A DNA stretch of 64,000 bases from Nitrospirota bacterium (GTDB lineage: Bacteria > Nitrospirota > Nitrospiria > 2-01-FULL-66-17). Position numbers and translations under genes: made by a program. Below are positions 53,881-63,800 of this stretch, piece by piece; position 1 is the first letter of the stretch, and every line of letters starts with the position of its first letter. The stretch lies in the NCBI GenBank assembly GCA_049325335.1, contig JBMOMC010000037.1, positions 1-64,000 on the forward strand. The letters run 5' to 3'. A model generated the notes under the pieces. The model saw only the letters and a list, made by a program, of their open reading frames with translations, ran no database searches and had not been told where the DNA came from.

Positions 53881-53961
53881 CAACTCCTCATGACCCCGCC
53901 CGCCGCCACTCATATCGCGATCCTCGCCATTTACGTCGGTTCCGCAACCTGCTGCCAGCGC

Positions 53962-55191
53962 TTATCCGCTACGACGACTCTTCACATCCGAGTCTGAAAG
54001 AGCATTGACCGTCCAATGATGCGACAGCAAACACAATCCTTCCGCTTTGTATGCCGTTGATCGGACTGTGAACGAGGCGGCATCATGTCGCACTGCGATA
54101 CGACCCACTGCACTGCTCTCGAAGAACGCCACCCTGAGTCTATACGTGCCTGGGAGCACGATCGAGTCCGGATAGTGAAGCACCAATTCATAGACTCCCG
54201 GCATGAAAGGGAGCGGCATGCCGTCTCGTTTGGTGTTGAGACCGCAAACGTTGATCCGTTCGCGGTTGAGAATCGCGACAGCTCCCACGATGCCCGGATA
54301 TTCCTTGGTAAGCCGATATGACACGCACACTGTGAACGATTCCCCGAACCCGAGTTCCGAAACAACCTCCCCTCCCTTATTTCTAACAACGACCTGTTCA
54401 ATCGAAACGACGGATTCCCCGTCATGCATAACGGTCTTGTCCTCGCGGCCCGCGGCAGCCGACTCCGCCATGACATCCGCGTAGGAGTCGGTGACGGAAA
54501 CCACATCACCTTCCGCCCGGACCATCCCGTGATCGAGCCAGAGTGCCCGCGTGCAGAAATTCCGAATAACGTGAATCTGGTGGCTCACCAATACGATAGT
54601 CCGGCCTGATCGTTGAAATGACTTGAGTCGTTCAACGCATTTCAACTGGAATGCGATGTCGCCCACCGCCAGGGCCTCGTCGATGACGAGAATATCTGGG
54701 TCCACACTGATCGCGGTCGAGAAGGCCAACCGGACGAACATGCCGCTGGAGTAGTGCTTGACCGGTTGATCGATAAACTCCCCGATGTCGGCGAACGCTT
54801 CAATGTCGGCAATTCGCCGGTTCATCTCGGCCCTCTTGAGCCCCATGAGCGCGCCGGTCATGTAGACGTTGTCTCGCCCGCTGAATTCCGGATGAAAACC
54901 CGCGCCCAGTTCCAGAAGCGACGCCACCCTGCCGTTCACCTGGACGTTTCCGCTCGTTGGACGGATCACACCGCACAGAATCTTCAGCAGAGTACTTTTC
55001 CCACTGCCATTATGTCCGACAATACCAAGGGTCTCGCCTTGCTCAACCGCAACTGACACCCCGTTCAGGGCAGCAAACTCCTTCCGCGCCCCTGCGCTCT
55101 TCAGGCCCAGAAGTTGAAACAGGCGATCTTTCGGTGAGCGATACAGTCGATAGACCTTCCTGAGATCCTGAACGTCGAGCGCCGTCGGCAT
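53962..55191 (-). CDS. wzt: Polysaccharide ABC exporter ATPase Wzt with a C-terminal domain
   Basis: GHNGSGKST, YSSGM, DEALAVGD, plus a ~150-aa beta-rich C-terminal extension. Confidence 0.93.
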   Translation of the reverse strand: MPTALDVQDLRKVYRLYRSPKDRLFQLLGLKSAGARKEFAALNGVSVAVEQGETLGIVGHNGSGKSTLLKILCGVIRPTSGNVQVNGRVASLLELGAGFHPEFSGRDNVYMTGALMGLKRAEMNRRIADIEAFADIGEFIDQPVKHYSSGMFVRLAFSTAISVDPDILVIDEALAVGDIAFQLKCVERLKSFQRSGRTIVLVSHQIHVIRNFCTRALWLDHGMVRAEGDVVSVTDSYADVMAESAAAGREDKTVMHDGESVVSIEQVVVRNKGGEVVSELGFGESFTVCVSYRLTKEYPGIVGAVAILNRERINVCGLNTKRDGMPLPFMPGVYELVLHYPDSIVLPGTYRLRVAFFESSAVGRIAVRHDAASFTVRSTAYKAEGLCLLSHHWTVNALSDSDVKSRRSG

Positions 55192-55196
55192 GAGCG

Positions 55197-56009
55197 TTAT
55201 AGGACGTCCGTAAACTGCGGTTTCAGCTTTCTAAATACCCCGCCCCCAAGAGCAAACACCCCCATCCCCAACGCCGCGAGATAGGCGATTCCATTGACGT
55301 CAAACGATCCGGTGCCCAACAGCGCGGCGCGGTACCCGTCCACGACGTAGATCATCGGGTTCAACGCGTACAAAGCCTTGAGCGATTGCGGCACGAGTGT
55401 GTGGTCGTAGACGATCGGGGTGAGGAAGAACCAAATATTCACGAACACGCCGACAACCTGGCCGATGTCCCGCAGGAACACGTTCAATGCCGACAACAGC
55501 CATGAGATGCCTAATGAAAATACCATGAGGACTGCCAAGTACGGCGCAATCAGCACAATGTGCCCCGAGACCTCGTGCCCAGAAATCGCCAAGAGAGCCA
55601 CCAGCAACATGAGCCCGATTAAATGGGTGATGACCGACGCCAAGACCCTCACAATCGAAAGCAGCTCCGACGGGAAGACCATCTTCTTGATTACGGCAGC
55701 CTGCTCGAGCACCGCATCCGACGACCGACCCAACACCTCCGCGAACATCATCCAGGGCAACAATCCTGCGATCAGCCACACCGCGTAATTCGTCCCCGCG
55801 TACTCCCCGCCCAACCGCATCTTGAGCACGACGGAAAAAACGAAATAATAGATGAGCAGTTGGATCAGAGGATGAATCACGGACCAGAACACGCCGAGAA
55901 GCGATCCGACGTACCGTTTGCGCAGATCGAGTACCACCAAACTCCGAATCATGTAACTGTTCTGCTTCAACAGCCTAAGCAAGGCTCCGATCCGTCGAAA
56001 GGGGTTCAT
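55197..56009 (-). CDS. wzm: Polysaccharide ABC exporter permease Wzm
   Basis: RYVGS.LG..W, KK..FP, RD, TPI.Y, NP. Confidence 0.93.
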   Translation of the reverse strand: MNPFRRIGALLRLLKQNSYMIRSLVVLDLRKRYVGSLLGVFWSVIHPLIQLLIYYFVFSVVLKMRLGGEYAGTNYAVWLIAGLLPWMMFAEVLGRSSDAVLEQAAVIKKMVFPSELLSIVRVLASVITHLIGLMLLVALLAISGHEVSGHIVLIAPYLAVLMVFSLGISWLLSALNVFLRDIGQVVGVFVNIWFFLTPIVYDHTLVPQSLKALYALNPMIYVVDGYRAALLGTGSFDVNGIAYLAALGMGVFALGGGVFRKLKPQFTDVL

Positions 56010-56049
56010 GCCGGAGGATCTCGCTCAAATGCAGTAGACATGTCGTCCC

Positions 56050-56634
56050 TCACACTCCAACCTTCATAATCCTCGACGCGTCCACGCCGACAGCGCTCAA
56101 CACCCTGACCGATTCCTCCGCGTTCGAATCGACCACAATCACATGGTCGAATGTAAGCGACGACACAGTTTCCGGCCCCAGAATAGGCCGCCCACACAGG
56201 GCCTGCCCTGCCTTACCGTCACACACGATCGCCGCGACATCTAAATGAGCTTCTTGAAGAGACAGCAGCGCGATCTCCGCAAGATCGCCTTTACCGTAGA
56301 GGACCACGGACCTTGCACCTGCCGCTTTCATTCCATCAAACGTCTTGGTCATACTCTTCCTTGCTTCCCGATAAAAGAAATATGACTCTTGGATGTACTG
56401 GAAGGCTAGGCTCGTCTTCTGCGCAATACCCGATGGGGTCAACTCGTAGCGGAGACGATGCGGTTTGAGATTGACGACTTTGATAAGGCCTTTCTTCGTT
56501 AGGCGCCGAACATAGAGGTTAGTTAAACCCAGCGCCACACCAAGCCGTTGGCTCAATGTCCGCTGAGTCAGGTCCCCGCCCTTGGACACCTCGTCGAGGA
56601 TCCGAAACACGTGTACGTTGTCGCCCTGTTTCAT
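56050..56634 (-). CDS. MarR-like winged-helix regulator (EPS-locus type) with a C-terminal Rossmann-like domain
   Basis: TQR.LS..LG.ALG..N, Y.LTP.G...K; YG.G.LAE. Confidence 0.85.
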   Translation of the reverse strand: MKQGDNVHVFRILDEVSKGGDLTQRTLSQRLGVALGLTNLYVRRLTKKGLIKVVNLKPHRLRYELTPSGIAQKTSLAFQYIQESYFFYREARKSMTKTFDGMKAAGARSVVLYGKGDLAEIALLSLQEAHLDVAAIVCDGKAGQALCGRPILGPETVSSLTFDHVIVVDSNAEESVRVLSAVGVDASRIMKVGV

Positions 56635-56657
56635 TAGCTAAGCCCAGATCACCAGGC

Positions 56658-56737
56658 GTTCATTCTCTGAACATCTAGAATCTCAAAAAGGCCGCAACAA
56701 GACGGCCTGTATATCGCATTGTTCATCTGATGAACAA
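56658..56737. promoter_or_regulatory. Two GTTCA-N5-TGAAC palindromic operators
   Basis: 56658-56672 gttcattctctgaac; 56719-56737 ttgttcatctgatgaacaa; both directly upstream of the regulator gene. Confidence 0.7.
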
Positions 56738-56881
56738 CAAAATGCGTAGCATTATTCCATTGACGACGTCAAGGAATGACATCGTGCGGTTTCGGCGCCA
56801 TCAGACGGCTGTCTCACGGAAGTCGATGCGGTTAGCGTGCCTGGCGATGCCCATCCCGACGGATGGCCGAAAACGGCTTCA

Positions 56882-57757
56882 CTAAGATTTCTGAAAAATT
56901 ATCACATCCTGGAAGAAGACTCCAGGCACTTCCTTCCAGTTCCCGGGGAAGCGTTGTACCAACCCTATCCCCGCCTCAGAAATAAGGCGGTTCAGTCCGT
57001 TCTCTGTTACACCCACAGCACTTTCCGGAACTGTCGCCCACGCGGGATGAAACCAGTCATTCGAGCCATAAGCCGGTTGATCAAACACCCATTTGCCTTG
57101 CGAAGTCATATGATACCGTCCCGTTGCTTTGGACCTTGCATCTAGGCCCTTCTCGTAAATCTCATCCAACAGGAAGAACGTGATTATCGCTTTGCCTCCA
57201 GGCTTAAGCACACGACCCACTTCCTTGAAATAGAATAAAGCGTCTTCTTCATTGAGGTGCGTCCAGGTCGATAACGCCGTGACCAGATCGAAGCTAGCAG
57301 GCTTTACTGGCCAACCTACCCTCTCGCTTTTCTGGGACGGTGTATAAGCCGGGTTACTGATGTCCAGATGTATGAACTCAAAAGCCGCAGAGGGGAAATG
57401 ATTCCGGCAAAACTCAATCTCCCTTTTCACGACGTCAATTCCCACGTAGCGCCCATGAGTCCCGAGAAAAGGTTCACTCGCTATCCCCAACAATCCGGTT
57501 CCACACCCTACGTCTAGAATCGAATTATCCACTTTACGGTCCACGTGCAAATACATTAGGGTCTGGAAAATTCCGACGACGTGCGCCCATTCAGCATATG
57601 AGTACTTACCACCCCGTCTATTGTCTTCCGTTGGAATCAACCGAATATTCTTTGTCCTACGGACATGATTTCTATCTAAAGGAACATAAAAGCGGTCAAG
57701 AAGTTTGTACAGGTCAATTCCTAACGCCTTGAGGCCACGCTCGACGACATGTCTCAA
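56882..57757 (-). CDS. Class I SAM-dependent methyltransferase
   Basis: ILDVGCGTG, FDLV.A.S..THL, RVLKPGG. Confidence 0.92.
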   Translation of the reverse strand: MRHVVERGLKALGIDLYKLLDRFYVPLDRNHVRRTKNIRLIPTEDNRRGGKYSYAEWAHVVGIFQTLMYLHVDRKVDNSILDVGCGTGLLGIASEPFLGTHGRYVGIDVVKREIEFCRNHFPSAAFEFIHLDISNPAYTPSQKSERVGWPVKPASFDLVTALSTWTHLNEEDALFYFKEVGRVLKPGGKAIITFFLLDEIYEKGLDARSKATGRYHMTSQGKWVFDQPAYGSNDWFHPAWATVPESAVGVTENGLNRLISEAGIGLVQRFPGNWKEVPGVFFQDVIIFQKS

Positions 57758-57772
57758 TTCATTCCCCTCGTT

Positions 57773-58534
57773 TTATTTGTCCGCTATTGAGCGAGTTCTA
57801 ACCCATTCATACAGCTCACGATCCAAGTGATTGTATTCTTCGACGACTCCTAGAGTTTCTTTTTCCAGCCACGCTCTCGGCTGTGTGGTTACGTTGAGAT
57901 TCGGGATCTGGTGCCGACGCCATCCACTCCGGTTTCCGATGACTCTCACCACATCACTCATTTCTTCGACAGTCCCGATGACACCAAAGTACTTCTCAAC
58001 ATTCTCCTTCGCCCTCTGTATAGCCTCCCTACTATCCACGATTTCGCCCGGTCTAGTCTTGATTCCCGCAAGAATTCTCGTCATCTGATTATTGGTCATT
58101 TCCGTATAGCGTCCGGCAACGAATTGCGTCAACGATAGCCCTTCCTTCACCAAAGCGAACAATGGCGACCGTGGCGTTCGCCCAACATGATGGTACAAGG
58201 AGACCACTCGCTCGACCGGGTCGCGAAGAATCGTAGCGTAGATGGGTGGTGTATCCAGGGTTTGGTGAAGACCGAACGAGAAATGTCCGTAGACTATCCG
58301 GATCGCTGGTCGGTTCCGATGGAAGGCCTCTGCTAATTGCGCCCGCTGTGCGTCGACGTCGCCATCCGGGCCCGGGTACCAGAACAGACGCTGATTGTCA
58401 CGATACTCGGCCTCGACGACAGATCGGAACGATGTTCCGGCGCACTTCGGAATATGGCAAAACAGCAGGGGATCGCCCTTCCACACGCCATTTCTCCTGG
58501 CAAACCTTTTAATTTCTGACCACCAACGATTCAT
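57773..58534 (-). CDS. Sulfotransferase (family 2-like)
   Basis: HIPKCAGTS, GHF, LRDPVERVVS.Y, N..D..LY. Confidence 0.9.
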   Translation of the reverse strand: MNRWWSEIKRFARRNGVWKGDPLLFCHIPKCAGTSFRSVVEAEYRDNQRLFWYPGPDGDVDAQRAQLAEAFHRNRPAIRIVYGHFSFGLHQTLDTPPIYATILRDPVERVVSLYHHVGRTPRSPLFALVKEGLSLTQFVAGRYTEMTNNQMTRILAGIKTRPGEIVDSREAIQRAKENVEKYFGVIGTVEEMSDVVRVIGNRSGWRRHQIPNLNVTTQPRAWLEKETLGVVEEYNHLDRELYEWVRTRSIADK

Positions 58535-58540
58535 GTCTCT

Positions 58541-59302
58541 TTAAGACGCGGCTCCAGACTGTCCGACAGACATGTGGAGACCACTGGACTTCACCCAGTC
58601 GTACAGTCCGATGTCGAGCGCATTATGTTCGACAATCGCCTGACGCGTTTCGTGATCGATTTGAGTCGGGCTGTCCGGTTTGACGTTCAACACGGGAATC
58701 GAATGGTGACGCCACGCTAGCCGGCGAGCGAGGGCGGCCAAGACCTCGTCCATCGACTCGACGGTTCCGATGACACAGAAATATTTCCGGACGTTCTCCT
58801 TGGCCAGATCCAACCACTTTTCGTCATAGGCCACCCCTCCAGGTAGCGCCGGCACGCCGGCAAGGGTTCTCGTCATGTGGTTGCTCGCCATTCCCGCGAA
58901 GGCTTTTAACGAAAGCCCTCCCTTGATTCGGTCAAAAAACGGAGACTGAAGATCGCGCCCAAAATGATGGTACAGCGAGATCACGCGAGCCACCGGCTCA
59001 CGCACGATCGTTGCGTAGACAGGAGGGATGTCCAGGAAGCGATGCATGCCGAACGCAAAGTGCCCATAGATGATTTGAATGTCCCTGCGAATCCGTTGAA
59101 ACCGCTCAATGAACTCTGCGCTGGGCGTCGGGAGATTCAGTTCCTCCTGCTTGTACACAAACAGTCGCTGCTTCGGTTTGTATTCGGCCTCGATGACCGC
59201 ACGGAAGGACGTGCCAGCGCATTTCGGAATATGGCAAAAAAGCAATGGGTCCACGCGCCGCAAACCGCTGAGACGAACGATTCTTCTGAGAGCGGAGGTC
59301 AA
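58541..59302 (-). CDS. Sulfotransferase (family 2-like), paralog
   Basis: HIPKCAGTS, GHF, REPV.RVIS.Y, N.LD..LY. Confidence 0.9.
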   Translation of the reverse strand: MTSALRRIVRLSGLRRVDPLLFCHIPKCAGTSFRAVIEAEYKPKQRLFVYKQEELNLPTPSAEFIERFQRIRRDIQIIYGHFAFGMHRFLDIPPVYATIVREPVARVISLYHHFGRDLQSPFFDRIKGGLSLKAFAGMASNHMTRTLAGVPALPGGVAYDEKWLDLAKENVRKYFCVIGTVESMDEVLAALARRLAWRHHSIPVLNVKPDSPTQIDHETRQAIVEHNALDIGLYDWVKSSGLHMSVGQSGAAS

Positions 59303-59405
59303 TGCCGCCTAGCGTTTTCGGGAAACACGGGAACTGGCGCCGACGAGACGGCAGTCAGGACGTGGACGGACGACCTCACGCGCCTGGCCGGATGCCCGAC
59401 CGAAA

Positions 59406-60443
59406 TCACTGCAGGATCTTCTTGAGGCGCTTTTTCGCGCCGTTCAACATGCGCCCCAAGCGTGTCGCATAGCCCTGTTCCCAGCGTTCAGACGTCTGGG
59501 GCATGGATTCTAGATCGATCTGTAGCAGTTGGGTCGTCAAGTTGGTGGTGACATTGGGAAACAGAATCGGCAAGGTCGCTATTGTTTCGGGGCGATATTT
59601 GATCGACTTGAATCGCGAGTGGGTGACGACGAACATCAACGTGTCGATTCCCATGGATTGTGCGAGGTGCTGGGCTGCCGTGATTTCCTCGTCGCTATCG
59701 TTGAATTCGAAGAGGATATATTTCCACATGATGTTCTGTTTCTTCCCAGCCACCGTCTTGGGGATGTCCTTCATGAACCGAATCACTTCGTCCACGTTGC
59801 CGCCAATCCGATACTGTGCATAACTCTTCTGGAACACGCCGTCGCACGACACCACGATCTCGTCGATGAACTCCCCGGCAGTGGCCTTCCCATAGTCAAA
59901 GTTCCCGTTCGTGATCACCCGCTGTCGTGTTTCGGGGTACGAATCTCTGGCCGTTCTCACGAACTCCGCAAACCGCGGGTGCATTAACGGATCGCCCTGA
60001 CCGCAGTACTCGATCTCACCGACCGTATACGAGTTCTTTCGAAGACTCTTAAGCAAACCGTCGAACGCTTCGATTTCCATCAAGAACGGCTTAGCTCTCG
60101 TTTGTCGCTGTGTCTTATTGGAACAACACGGGCACTCAAGGTTACAGGCGAGCGACGGCTCCAGTTGTATCTTGCGGATCTTCCTCTGACTCAGGTTGTC
60201 GGAGAACGGCTCGTTCGTTCGGAGCCAGGCGCAGCTATTGCAGACCTCGCCCCACGGCACCACCCCGGCCGAAAGCGTCGCCCGCATGTGGGTGTACTGA
60301 TCGTTGGTCAGGACCTTCTGGATATCCCACGAAGGGTCAAGGTGGGCGACCGTTCCAAGGAGGACCTGCTCTCCCTTGTCGCAATCGCACGGAATGTCGC
60401 CGTTGCTCCTGACGTAGATCGTTTCGAGAATCTCACAATTCAC
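59406..60443 (-). CDS. Radical SAM protein with an N-terminal SPASM/twitch-like domain
   Basis: CNLECPCC, GQGDP, TNG, SCDG; N-terminal C..IYV..NGDIPCDC..LG..CNSC. Confidence 0.88.
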   Translation of the reverse strand: MNCEILETIYVRSNGDIPCDCDKGEQVLLGTVAHLDPSWDIQKVLTNDQYTHMRATLSAGVVPWGEVCNSCAWLRTNEPFSDNLSQRKIRKIQLEPSLACNLECPCCSNKTQRQTRAKPFLMEIEAFDGLLKSLRKNSYTVGEIEYCGQGDPLMHPRFAEFVRTARDSYPETRQRVITNGNFDYGKATAGEFIDEIVVSCDGVFQKSYAQYRIGGNVDEVIRFMKDIPKTVAGKKQNIMWKYILFEFNDSDEEITAAQHLAQSMGIDTLMFVVTHSRFKSIKYRPETIATLPILFPNVTTNLTTQLLQIDLESMPQTSERWEQGYATRLGRMLNGAKKRLKKILQ

Positions 60444-60574
60444 GGCAAGTCCTTGAAAGTCTTACGTATATTAGACTTACCTGGGGTATTTTCGCAACAT
60501 ATGGGAGAGACAGTTACTTACTCGTACTTCATCCACTCACACGGATGGCCAACACCCCATCCAGGAAATCGGGG

Positions 60575-60784
60575 CTACCTCACCACAGTTGAGACACACC
60601 ATACTTTCTGCGTGGTAGGCACGACGCCTCGACAACGAGTCCGCAGAATGCATCCCGAGAGCGCCTTCTGGTGAAGGTCGCGGTCTGCGCCGGCCGTCAG
60701 GTACGCAGAGGCCCCCACGCGGCGATCCTCCAAGTGCGCTATGGTCGTCGCCGCAGCCAAATTGTCTTCACGGGTTAGCGACAT
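60575..60784 (-). CDS. Small hypothetical protein (69 aa)
   Basis: Purine-rich GAAGGGGG upstream of ATG; no motif recognised. Confidence 0.35.
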   Translation of the reverse strand: MSLTREDNLAAATTIAHLEDRRVGASAYLTAGADRDLHQKALSGCILRTRCRGVVPTTQKVWCVSTVVR

Positions 60785-60860
60785 GTGGTTTTCCCCCTTC
60801 TAATTACCAGGAGTTTGGCTTAGGGCGCCTAACTTCAACATGATGCCAACGGTCCTTTTC

Positions 60861-63800
60861 TTACGGCACATCGAACACCTCCACCAGCGCAATTCCGGTG
60901 GTGCCCCCGACGCCGCTAACCACGACCGAATACGGCCCCGGCGGTAACGTCACCAGCAACGCCGCTTCGTTACCGCAGTTCGGCGGTTGTGCCGTTTGTC
61001 CAGGGTTCGGCATACAGGGGTCCTTTCCGGTCGCTGAAATCTGCGCCGAGTTCCCACAAGAGGCGGCAGGGCTTCCGCATAGAAGATCCGTGGTCTGCCA
61101 ATTGTCGTTCTGGGCGATGGTCGTGCCTGCCGACACCAGCCGCATCGTCGGATTTACTAGTGTCCCCGGCACGTTGAAGGGCGCGCCGCTCATAGACGGC
61201 CCCCGCGCCCGGATCAACACCTGCTTGCTGCCGGTCCCCGAAGGACCGATGATGAAGCCGCCGTTTAACAACCCAGCCGGTGCCGTGACTACCGTACCGC
61301 GAGTGGAGATATTGACGAGCTTTAACTGAGATCCAGTGTCCGCCTCAAATGCCTCCACCAACGCAATCCCAGTGGTACCGCTAACACCGCTCACCACTAC
61401 TGAATACGGTCCTGGCGGCAACGTCACCAGAAGCGCAGCTTCATTCGCGCAACCTGGGGGAGGGGTAGTCTGCCCAGGGTTCGGCACACACGGGTCCCGT
61501 CCCGTGGCAGTGATCTGTGCCGCGTTGCCGCATGTGGTCGCTGGACTCAGACACAGCGGGTCAGTAATCTGCCAATTGTCATTCTGCGCAATTGTTGTTC
61601 CCGCTGACACCAGGCGCATCGTAGGATTGGTTAACGTACCCGGCACATTAAATGGCGCACCACCCATGGAGGGTCCGCGCGCCCGGATCAAAACCTGTTT
61701 AGTGCCGCCGTTTGCAGCGCCGATAATGAACCCTCCGTTCAGAGATCCCCCGGCCGCAGAGACCACCGCCCCCCTCGTGGAAATATTCAGGAGCTTGGCG
61801 CCCGTGGCGGGACTAGCGGTCACGTCGATAGGCGACGTACTACATAATGTGTTGTTACCTTCCGCGTTCGCTTCAGAAATTACCCCGCCACTGTCAGCCA
61901 TACCACAGACGTAGTAGGTACCGGCCGGAGTTGTATACGACACTGTGACCAGGGTCGTGGCGCTGTTGCTCGAAGCCGCGACCAAAGAGCTGATCGAGCG
62001 CAGCGGAGACAGGGCTATGTCATCGGTTCCTCCGTAAAGCGCATCCACCGACAGATGCAACGCGATCGTAAACGTCCCTGCATTCGAGCCCCCTTGATTC
62101 TGGACCGTGTTGGACACGGATAGGGGGCCGCCTTGCGGCACAGCCGTTGACAGCGGAGTGACCGCGCTCATTACTAAATCTGGTGGAGAAATCACAACAG
62201 TAACCGTGGTGGTGTGTACTTCACCAGCCGCCGTACCGCGGATCACCACCGGATAACTACCGATCGCAATGCTCGGCTGCGCGGATATCGTCAGCGTCGA
62301 TGTCGCGGTACCGCTAGCCGGTACCGTTACCGTCGTAGGGATGAAACTGCCAGCCAGATTCGCGTCCATGGCACCGAGCGTCAACGCTACCGATCCGGAA
62401 AACGCACCTTGAGACGTTACCGTTACAGCATACGTGGTAGACCCGCCCGCGGTGACGGCCTGACTTACTGGAGCTGCCGTTACCGTGAAATTGGAAAGCA
62501 GTGCCCGCTGGACGTTCAAACGGCCGCCAGTCGTAGTTCGACCAGTTAAAGCGGGAATCGGATCGACGGTTGACAGAATAGCGTCCCTTACCTGTGTAAG
62601 CGTGTAAGACGGAAACTGCGACAGAATAAGTGCCGCCGCACCGGACACGTGGGGTGCGGCGCTCGACGTCCCGTTGACGGAGAGGTATCGCGAGGGGTCG
62701 CAAAGTCCGCAGGATCCCGTGGGCACGGTGGAGAGGATTGCTGAGCCCGGAGCACCAAGGTCGACAGTGCTGGAACCGTAGTTGGAGAAACTCGCAAGCT
62801 GATCGTTTCGGGTCGTCGCAGACACGCAGATCACATTAGGCTGTGTGGACACGCACGGGTAGTCGGGGGTGACGTCGTTATTCGTCCCGTTGTTCCCCGC
62901 CGCCACGACAACAAGCACCCCGGCGGAATTTGCGTATGCAATCGCGTCTTCAAGGGCTTGCGAGTAACAGCCGACGCCATTACAACCCCAACTGGCATTG
63001 ATAATCCGCACACCCATATTCGCCGCATACAGAATTGCATCGACCGCATCGCTGGTCAGCCCGTTTCCGCCGGCATCCAGAAACTTAAGCGGCATGACCC
63101 TAGCCTGCCAAGCCACACCCGTGACGCCGACCCCATTGTTCCCAACCGCAGCTATGATCCCAGCGGTATGGCTCCCATGACCGCCGTCATCGGAAGGATT
63201 GCTGTCGTTATTGACGAAGTCCCAGCCACGATAGTCGTCGATATACCCGTTGCCGTCGTCGTCGATCCCGTTGCCGATAATCTCGCCCGGATTGACCCAA
63301 AGGTTGGCCGCAAGATCGGGATGCGTGAGATCCATGCCGCTGTCGATATCCGCAACCACGACACTCGGACTCCCGACCTGACTGTCCCACGCCTCGGGCG
63401 CGTCAATGTCCGCGTCGACCGTCCCGCCCGCCTGCCCAATGTTGTGCAGGCCCCACAAACTTGAGAACAGTGGGTCGTTGGGAATAATCCGGGCTTGATA
63501 GATAATGTTGGGTTCCGCGTATTCGACATCGGGATTCTGCCGGTATCGTTGCAAGAGCGTTTCCATCGACTCTCCTCGCCGTGCTCTCACCCGATCGATT
63601 CCGATCTCATGAATCTCGGCGATCACGTCCACGTCTTCCCTAACGTGGGTCAGCCGCTTATTAGCCAGTGGTACGGGTTTCTTAAATTTGACCAACACCT
63701 CACCCGGCATCTGAGCCGGACCGCCTATTCGTGCAACGGGACCTCGACTGGAATCGGATTCCGCATCCGCTATCGCCGATGATGCAGGAAGCCAGAGAAA

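Noticed and set aside
60864..61796. DGR or VNTR reading of the protease repeats
   Set aside because: In-frame domain duplication with largely synonymous, non-adenine-specific differences.
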